A stretch of DNA of 64,000 bases. It comes from Batkoa obscura (taxonomy: Eukaryota). This document shows, piece after piece, positions 51,683-60,088 of the stretch (positions are counted from its first letter, which is position 1; every line of letters begins with the position of its first letter). Below the pieces are notes generated by a model. The model did not search any database, was not told where the DNA came from, and saw only the letters and a program-made list of their open reading frames with translations. The stretch covers positions 930,001 through 994,000 of the forward strand of contig JASVEC010000014.1 of NCBI GenBank assembly GCA_030770535.1, given 5' to 3'. Both the position numbers and the translations under genes were made by a program.

Positions 51683-51778
51683 GGGGATATATTTTATGTT
51701 TAACAATTTTATTAACAATTTTTCCGCTCAAATAGTGCTTAGAGGATGGAAAAGGTAATGAGCCAAAAAAACATACCC
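51683..51778 (+). mobile_element. MITE copy 16
   Basis: Consensus match, ATAT TSD. Confidence 0.85.
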
Positions 51779-51958
51779 ATATTAATATCATTGAATCAGC
51801 AAGTTATTTTAAAAAATGACTTATGATTAACAAAGCTTTCTAAGCATGAAGATTGTACTTAAATACAAAGTTAATTGATATAACTCTTAGTAATATTAGT
51901 CTACACTATTAAAAACTAAACCTTCAACTCTATATCTTTTCAGTTTTAATAAGCGAGG

Positions 51959-53555
51959 ATGAATGTGATAACACTTTAATAAAGCTAGGATTAGACAAGC
52001 ATGCGATCAATGTTACAAAGGTAAAAGGCAATGTAATTTATCAGTACCTATTTGTAGTTATTGTAAAAAACAAGGAAAGGTATGTACAGGGGAACGAAAA
52101 AGTAATAGAAGAGCAAAGGTATATAATGATGAAGAAATTCACTCAAAGACATTTTCATCATCTCAATCAAATAAAGCAAGGAGAGAAATTATTTTTAAGA
52201 GCACCATAATTTTAAACCATAGGTATTTTGGTCAGTCTAAAATTCGAGCGGGTGGAAATCGATCTGATTCTAATACCTCCATTGCCTCTTTTTTCCCCAT
52301 CAAAATGTTTCATTCTCCTGTTATGTTTGATCAAAGCTCTTATTCCTTTTATAATGTTGCTCCAAATCAATATCTCAATTCATTTTTTAATAAACTGCCA
52401 TCAGTTAAGTCAGAATCTACTGCTATAAAAAGTAGCGTTAGCATTTGTAATATAATGCCACAACTTATAACTCTTTATTTTCAGAGATATAACACGTTAC
52501 TACCATTATTCACTTATAATCAATTTATAAATAAGAAAAGAGACAAGATGTTAATTTATTCTATTATGTTAGTTAGCTTAACTGCGACCAATGATAGTCA
52601 AGATTTGCTGAACTTGAAAGTATTTTTAAAAGATAAGCTATTAGAACATTTCCAACCGAGTAAGTTAAAAATTAGCTTAAGTAGTATTCAATCAATGGTT
52701 ATATTATTAAACGGATTAAAAGGAAGTAGCTTTGCATTACCATCTTATTATTTCTCAAATATAAACAATCATTGTATGTTATTAGGTTTACATTTAAATT
52801 ATAAAGATGACATTGAAAGAAAACTATGTTACTCAGCAGTATTATTTTTAACTTCTATTGATGATCCTTATTCGGCTTTGTTATTTGATACTCATGACTT
52901 ATGGAAGAAAGAAAAGACAACAACAAACTCAAATAAAAATGAATCAACTGAGAAAATAATGAAGCTGATAGTGATAACATATTCTAATTGCTGTTATGAA
53001 TGTAGCTTATTTTTTAAGAAATCTTTTGATACGGTTTTAATAATTAATTCATCAAAGATAAGTAATGAAAGAGTAACAAAAATTGTCTGCACGTTAGTAG
53101 CTTTACTGAGTTCTATTACTAAAACTACAATAGGAAAACTAGAAACTATTAGAAAATGGATTTCTGATAAGACATCTAACGAAATCATTGATGCACTTAC
53201 TAGCCATATAAGAATTATTTATTATTCGATTTGGATTACTTTATACGATATTAAGCATGTATCTATACAAAGGAACAAAGAACACTTATTTTCTAAATAT
53301 ACAAAAAGAGGTCAAGCAAGGGATGTCAAACTTTTAAAAGCTAACCTTGAGAATTTTCTGACTTATAATTCAAAGTTAAAGCCAAGTTACTTTTCTCCCC
53401 TTCAGCTCTTTGCTTTCTTAATAGTCATTGGTGGTATCTCTGCACATGCTAAATGGCTCAATGAAACAATAGCCCAATTTAACAATTTGACTAAAAACAA
53501 TGGTAAGTTATTATCTTTTACCAAATTTATGGTGCAAATGTCTACTATAAAATAA
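51959..53555 (+). pseudogene. Zn2Cys6 TF family copy 10 with one frameshift just after the start codon
   Basis: ATG at 51959 gives MNVITL*. The frame from 51978 (NKARIRQACDQCYKGKRQCNLSVPICSYCKKQGKVC...) is open to 53555. Confidence 0.8.
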
Positions 53556-53895
53556 AATAAACTCTTTAAGTTTTGATAGCTTACTGTATTAGGTTTTCTC
53601 ATGTGAGAATATTGTGTTTCGGTATTTTACCAATGACTTTACTTAGTTTTACCTTGGGCAAAAGATAAACAAATAAACGAAATCAAGATACCCTTATCAT
53701 TTTAATACTTTATATACAATCAAGGTCATCACAAATAATAAACCAAAATTGAACTATGATATTGAATAGATTAAAGTACTTTGTTGTTTTTAATTTAAGT
53801 TTTTTTAATAGATTGAGTTTCTAATAACTGAAAAGAGTAAACCGTTATAAAAATTTGGCTCATAATATATGAGTCATAATTTCTGTGTCTAGTAA

Positions 53896-53982
53896 AAACA
53901 ATAAAATAATAAAATAATAAAATAATAAAACAATAAAACAATAAAATAATAAAATAATAAAATAATAAAATAATAAAATAAT
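53896..53982. repeat. Tandem 8-mer (AATAAAAT/AATAAAAC)n
   Basis: Directly visible; it explains the spurious ORFs with repeated ILLFYYF. Confidence 0.85.
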
Positions 53983-54218
53983 AGAACAACAAATTCTAAT
54001 TTTTTTAATTTTTTTAAAAGTAGTAAAACTCAATTTAATCTTTTCTTCTCTCATCATACTCACTCTTCCTATGACTTTGGTATGCAATTTTTCAGATACT
54101 ATAATATTAATACCATTATCAATTTCATGCAAATGGATGGATACTTCAGTATTGTAGCAGTTGTTGCTGAGGTATTGTAGATTTATCGACTTAATTAAAA
54201 TAGCTTTTAAATGATACT

Positions 54219-54682
54219 TGTGAAATCTGGTACTCAGTGTTTGGAGGCAAAAACAGCTATTGTTGGGTTGACTACACTATAAGTCGAAAGGTCTTAGTTT
54301 ATGTGACTAAGATAGACTTGGATTATGAGGAATAGCACGTAATAGGTTACAAGCTATATAAGACAAACGTAATAGACAATACTAATGTAAAATCTACGTA
54401 AAATATTATTAAGAAAACTTAGTGGCTTTATTAAATGTTCGAGATATCAGGGAATAATTCAGTTAAAAAGCCTCAAGCTATTATGTTTTAGAATCTCTTT
54501 TATACTCTGATAAGTATAAATATCAAAACGAGGGGAGAATATTCTTTGAGACGAAGATAGAAATTCTCATATCAAATCAAACTAAGAACGTGGGATTGAT
54601 TTTCTCTGAACTTGAGAACACAACAGCTTAGGTGATTGTTATGCTATAATTAACCATGGGACTGACAAAGCGATATTTCACA
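54219..54682 (-). mobile_element. Solo LTR (long variant) without a matching TSD
   Basis: TGTGAAATC...ATTTCACA; flanks are TACT and ACCA. Confidence 0.95.
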
Positions 54683-54941
54683 ACCAGATTTAATGGATTT
54701 AGATCATTATAATAAACAAGTTATATTAATATTATATTTTGGTGTTTTATATTTAAAAATGATAAAACAATAGGTAAAGTTTACTTTATTTATTTGAAAT
54801 ATTAAATTATGGTTCAGTATATACAGGAGATTGTTTAATCGATTTAATCTGTACAGAGCTTTTATCTAAAAAGTTTACAAAAATTAATATATAGAGAGAT
54901 ACAAGGAATCACTTTAGATCTCAAGAGTTCCTACATTATAT

Positions 54942-55040
54942 GGGGATGTTTTTTTTGGGTTGATTATTTTTTCCATCTTTTAAGCGCTATTCGAATAAAA
55001 AAATTGTTAGTAAAATTCTTAAATACAAAAACACATCCCC
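54942..55040 (-). mobile_element. MITE copy 17, inside the transposase CDS
   Basis: Removing the element plus one ATAT restores the frame HYMFKQ. Confidence 0.9.
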
Positions 55041-55574
55041 ATATGTTTAAACAAATTCATAAAATAAATAGTAGTTCAAATATTTATCTTAATTTTTTGT
55101 TGAGCATCATGGAAAAAGTATAGTTGATAGACATTTTGGAAACCTTTCAAAATGGAAGAGTAGCCTTGAAACATTAGATAAAATAGAAGATATTAATTGA
55201 TTAATTTCAAGATTTGAGATTTTTATTTTCGAACATAATAAAATTAATAACTCAACTGTTAATAATGGGAAAACAGATACAATTTTCAAAAAGTATGAAA
55301 GAAATAAAAATATAAAATAATATAAATACAATGTATCAAAAATTATTTACATTTCATTAAACGCGACAATAAATTACATTGTTATCCAGCATCTGATAAA
55401 TAAAAAAAAGAAATATAATTCCAATTAAAATTATAGAGTCTATAAAAAATAGAAAAATTAAAAGATCAATCCCAGCTTATTTTACAAAAATAACAGAGAA
55501 TTTAAAATTTTCAATATTTACTAAGCAAGTGAGTAGTTTATTGAATCATAGAAATTAATTATTAAATGTTGATA

Positions 55575-55974
55575 TGTGAAATCTGGTACTCAGGGTTTGG
55601 AGTCAAGAACAGCTATTGCTGGGTTGACTACACTATAAGTCAAAAGGTCTTAGTTTATGTGACTAAGATAGACTTGGGTTATGAGGAATAGCACGTAATA
55701 GGTTACAAGCTATATAAGACAAATAGAATAGACAATACTAATGTAAAATCTATGTAAAATACTATTAAGAAAACTTAGTGGCTTTATTAAATGTTCGAGA
55801 TATCAGGGATTAATTCAGTTAAAAAGCCTCGAACTATTATATTCTGTAAACTCTTTTATACTCTGAAAAGTATAAGTATCAAAATGAGAAGATAATATTC
55901 TTTTGGGTGGAACTAGAAATTCTCATAACAAATCAAAATAATTAACCATGGGACTGACAAAGCGATATTTCACA
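55575..55974 (-). repeat. 3' LTR
   Basis: Appears identical to 62728-63127. Confidence 0.97.
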
Positions 55975-55985
55975 TTTCCCTCCCT
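55975..55985 (-). other. Polypurine tract
   Basis: AGGGAGGGAAA on the minus strand, directly abutting the 3' LTR. Confidence 0.85.
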
Positions 55986-56071
55986 ATGATTTGATATAGT
56001 GAATTTTTATGGCTTACTTACCGAGAACCTATGAGATGGAATTTGACTAGTTACAAATTGTATTCATTGAA

Positions 56072-59000
56072 TCACATTGCTGATTTGAGAAACTTGGCAT
56101 GGACTCGGTTATATATAACGCTTGTTCGTTTATGTTTAATTGAATAGCTATCATACAAGTGTTTATGTATGACTTCATATGGTCCATCCCATTTCAATGC
56201 TAGTTTATTTTTTCTAGATTGATTATAGGAAGGGTACAGATGAACGATATCACCTACTTTGAAGACAGCTAGACGAGGAAGTCGAGAAATGTCTTGTCGA
56301 TACCTCCTTGTTTTCGAGTCTGTCAATGCATTAAAGGCGTCAACTTGGATAGCTATTAGTTTTTTTGTTAGCTTAAGCAAGTACATGTCAGGACTCATCT
56401 CTTCTTGTCTAACTATCAAAGGAGCGAATGATATGGGGAGTCCCGGATGTCTCCCATAAAGCATAACAAAAGGGGATTTTTTGGTAATACTATGTACTGA
56501 ATATCTATATGCTAAAATAGCAGAATGTAGATATTCATCCCAAGAGCTAGTTTTATCGAAAGCCAGCTTCCTTAATATACGTACTAGTGTACCGTTTACT
56601 CTCTCAACCATTCCGTTAGTTTCAGGATGATATGGAGCTGCAGTAGAATGCTTTATGGCCATTAGTCTAGCTAATTTCGGGAGAACCAGGTTAACAAAAT
56701 TGGCAGCGTTATCAGTAAGTATCACCTGAGGGCTTCCATGCCTACAAATAATATCCTCGTATATAAATTTAGATATGTGAAAGGAAGTCTGATTTGGTAT
56801 TGCTTTTGCTTCAACCCACTTAGTTAGATGGTCGATAGCTACAACAATAAATTTGTTCCCTCTTACCGAGGAGGCCTCACAGAGAGGACCTATTACATCT
56901 ATACTTACCGTGTGAAATGCATGTTTAGGTAAAATAAACTTATAGGCTGTAGCTTTTATTTTACTTTGTTCCCTCTTGCAAACATCGCAATTATTTATAA
57001 AGTCTTCCAAATCTGGTATCATTGATTCCCAATAGCAGGAGACTTTCATAGTATCGTATGTTTTTTGGAAGGCTGAATGTCCACAGATTACATCATGGAA
57101 TTGTTGGCATGCAGATAGTCGTGAAGAAGGCCTAATATATGGAATATATGTTCCCTTAATCTTTTTATACAAGGCATTATCTCTTACAATGATATTTTGA
57201 GCGTTTTTCTCAAGCCATTGTTTGAGTTCAGGCTGCTGCTGCGGCCATTTATCTTTATTACCCAATAGATTGTACAAATCATCATCTATGGGGGTAGCTA
57301 GACAAATTCTGGGTAACCTGCTAAGCCCATCTGCATTTTGATGATCTTTACCTGGTTTATATACTATATCAAAACTATACGATTGTAGTTTTAGAGCCCA
57401 CCTAGCTAAACGTCCTTCAGGATTAGTGATTGAATACAACCATTTTAGGGAAACATGATCAGTAATAACAGTAAAGTGAGTGCCGTAGATATACGGTCTA
57501 AATGCCTTTATAGCATGAATAATTGCAAGGCATTCTTTCTCTGTTGTAGTGTAGTTCCTTTCGTGTTTCGACAAGGTCCTAGAGGTATAGGCTATTGGGT
57601 GTTCACAATTGTTATCATCGAGTTGACTTAAAACACCTCCAACTGCAGTTAGACTAGCGTCAGTATGTAGTGAGAAGGGCTTTGAGAAATTTGGAAACAT
57701 CAATACTGGGGCGTTAAGCAGCTTGTTGCGAAGCTCTTCAAAAGCTTGTTGGTGTTCTTCCTTCCATTGAAACTTGACTTCTTTCTTTAGTAATTGGAAC
57801 AGTGGGGTAGCTAAATTCGAAAAGTCTTTTATAAACCTTCGATAATAATTCATTAATCCAAGGAATACTTGTACCTCCCGCATCGTAGTTGGGGGGAGAA
57901 GCTCCTTCACTGCATCTAGTTTATTTGGAATAGGGGCTAGTCCTTTGTCAGAGACTTTATAGCCTAGAAATTCCAAACTAGTTTGGAAGAATGAACACTT
58001 CTTTGGTTTTAACTTTAGATTGGCTTGACGGAGGCGCTCAAATACTGCTTTAAGATGAGTTAAGTGATCTATAAAAGTTCTTGAAAACACATTCAAGTCA
58101 TCTAAGTAAATTAATACGCACGAAAGTTTAAGGTCACCTAGTGTATTATCCATAAGACGCTGGAATGTAGCGGGAGCGTTCGAAAGGCCTTGTGGCATCC
58201 TAGTTGGTTGAAATAGTCCTTCAGAAGTTATTAAAGCGCACTTTTCTTGGTCTTCTGGATCCATTTCTACCTGCCAGTATCCTGAGATTAAATCCATTGC
58301 TGAAAAGTATTTAGCACCTTGTAATCGGTCAACCGCATCGTCTATTCTGGGTAGAGGGTATACATCTTTCTTTGTGATTTTGTTAAGCTTTCTATAGTCC
58401 ATAACTACTCTATTAGTTCCATCTTTTTTCTTAACGATCATAAGGGGGGAGGCCCATGGACTATTTGAAGGAATGATTAAACCTAGCCTTAAGAGTTTTT
58501 GAACTTCTTCTCGTTCTGCTTTGAGTTCAGATTGAGATTTACGATATGCTTTAGTTGCGACGGGTAATGAATCACATGTATATACTTTATGTTTAGTATT
58601 GCGAGCGCAACCAATATCTTCTTCTGAAGTTGCGAATATGTCTTTATATTCCTCCAGCAATTTATAAAATTGGAGTTGTTCATCTTGGTTTAGATGGTTA
58701 ATAGTGTCTTTTTCCACAAAAAGGGCTTGGTTATTTGGGGCCTCTTCGTGAATTTGAAATTCTTCTAGTGTTGCAAATTTACTGAAAGTATTAATCAAGG
58801 CGTTGTTTTCTACGTATATCGTGCCAATCTGTTGGCCTCTAGAGATATTGATTTCTTTTTTGGTAATGTTTGCAAGTAATAACTTGATAGTCTCATTCAT
58901 GTTGTTGCCTAAAATTCCGGGCATAGTTAGTGGTTCTAATTGTGAGACACCTTCTATACTATATATAGATAAATGGAATTCCTTAGGTATCCATAGTGAG

Positions 59001-60088
59001 ATCTCAGTATCTAATACTATCTGTGACTTAGGCGGTATTAATAAGTTCTTAGGAGAAATAACGGGAATTCCAGACTGTTTATATGCTATCTCTGGATATT
59101 GATGAATTACGGATTCTGATCCGCAGAGAGTGACATCAATTAATTTATTGTTGGTCCGATAGTTCATTATACGGCAGCCAGGAGATTTATTGTTTATCAT
59201 ATTGATAGATAGGTCTCTTGGTTTATTGTAGTACATTGGGATGGATTGATCTAATATTTTTAAGATATTTTGATCGTACAACAATTGACAACCGTGTTTC
59301 ACAAAGAATTCGGTGCCTAGGAGGAAGTCATAACCTTCACTTTCTAATACTATTGCTGGAAAGGCTAAGGTTAGTTTTCCAAATTTGATTGGTATTGATG
59401 AGTATGCTCCTAGCGCTGTAGTAGTTCCAGTTCCAGCTGTACCAAAGGTGTCTGAGCAATCTATATCTGGTTTAAAGGATAATCGTTTTACCAGACGACT
59501 CGATATGAAATTGATAGGAGCTCCACTATCTAATATGATGCGTACATTCTTTTTATAAATTGACGCATTGATGTAAGTACAATCGATGGAGTTAGCTTTG
59601 TCATCGAGGTTTACTAAAAGAATCTGTTTATTTGGATTCTGGTATTCTCTAATAATTTTTCTAAATGCAATTGCTAAGTCTGATTCTCCAGTTAAGATCT
59701 TGTCTAGCGGGATTGGGATCGTAACATTGGTTAACCACTGATGCGTGTTATCTAGTTCGCTTTGTGTGAGGGATAGTTTAGATAAATCGGATAATTGTGA
59801 GATGTAAGGTTTGGAGATCTCGTTCATTGGAATCGAATCAGGAGCATTAATAGAGTTATCAGGTAGCTTGAAAATTCGAGGTGGAATGACTTTAGGGATT
59901 TCCACAACAGGAACTCTTTTCTTTTTAGGTCTACCACGAATTCGCGAAGGAAGTGCTAGGATGAGGGTAGAGGGGTCAAATTTTGAAAGCGTATTAACTT
60001 TAAGGTCTAATCCAGTGCTATCATCTGGATCAGGAGGAATTTTTAACTTCGTGGAAGGGGGATCCTCATTTATCCTCCCACTTAGAAG
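56072..60088 (-). CDS. pol: Pol polyprotein (aspartic protease, dUTPase-like insert, RT, RNase H, integrase), reached by -1 frameshift from gag
   Basis: IILDSGA (PR), LIYLDD (RT), LHTDAS (RH), H-x5-H...CDVC zinc finger, D/D/E in SIDVIG, ILTDNA and MVERVN, and WDGPY. The frame is open from the gag end through the called ORF 56072-59905. No chromodomain seen. Confidence 0.95.
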   Translation of the reverse strand, partial: LLSGRINEDPPSTKLKIPPDPDDSTGLDLKVNTLSKFDPSTLILALPSRIRGRPKKKRVPVVEIPKVIPPRIFKLPDNSINAPDSIPMNEISKPYISQLSDLSKLSLTQSELDNTHQWLTNVTIPIPLDKILTGESDLAIAFRKIIREYQNPNKQILLVNLDDKANSIDCTYINASIYKKNVRIILDSGAPINFISSRLVKRLSFKPDIDCSDTFGTAGTGTTTALGAYSSIPIKFGKLTLAFPAIVLESEGYDFLLGTEFFVKHGCQLLYDQNILKILDQSIPMYYNKPRDLSINMINNKSPGCRIMNYRTNNKLIDVTLCGSESVIHQYPEIAYKQSGIPVISPKNLLIPPKSQIVLDTEISLWIPKEFHLSIYSIEGVSQLEPLTMPGILGNNMNETIKLLLANITKKEINISRGQQIGTIYVENNALINTFSKFATLEEFQIHEEAPNNQALFVEKDTINHLNQDEQLQFYKLLEEYKDIFATSEEDIGCARNTKHKVYTCDSLPVATKAYRKSQSELKAEREEVQKLLRLGLIIPSNSPWASPLMIVKKKDGTNRVVMDYRKLNKITKKDVYPLPRIDDAVDRLQGAKYFSAMDLISGYWQVEMDPEDQEKCALITSEGLFQPTRMPQGLSNAPATFQRLMDNTLGDLKLSCVLIYLDDLNVFSRTFIDHLTHLKAVFERLRQANLKLKPKKCSFFQTSLEFLGYKVSDKGLAPIPNKLDAVKELLPPTTMREVQVFLGLMNYYRRFIKDFSNLATPLFQLLKKEVKFQWKEEHQQAFEELRNKLLNAPVLMFPNFSKPFSLHTDASLTAVGGVLSQLDDNNCEHPIAYTSRTLSKHERNYTTTEKECLAIIHAIKAFRPYIYGTHFTVITDHVSLKWLYSITNPEGRLARWALKLQSYSFDIVYKPGKDHQNADGLSRLPRICLATPIDDDLYNLLGNKDKWPQQQPELKQWLEKNAQNIIVRDNALYKKIKGTYIPYIRPSSRLSACQQFHDVICGHSAFQKTYDTMKVSCYWESMIPDLEDFINNCDVCKREQSKIKATAYKFILPKHAFHTVSIDVIGPLCEASSVRGNKFIVVAIDHLTKWVEAKAIPNQTSFHISKFIYEDIICRHGSPQVILTDNAANFVNLVLPKLARLMAIKHSTAAPYHPETNGMVERVNGTLVRILRKLAFDKTSSWDEYLHSAILAYRYSVHSITKKSPFVMLYGRHPGLPISFAPLIVRQEEMSPDMYLLKLTKKLIAIQVDAFNALTDSKTRRYRQDISRLPRLAVFKVGDIVHLYPSYNQSRKNKLALKWDGPYEVIHKHLYDSYSIKHKRTSVIYNRVHAKFLKSAM

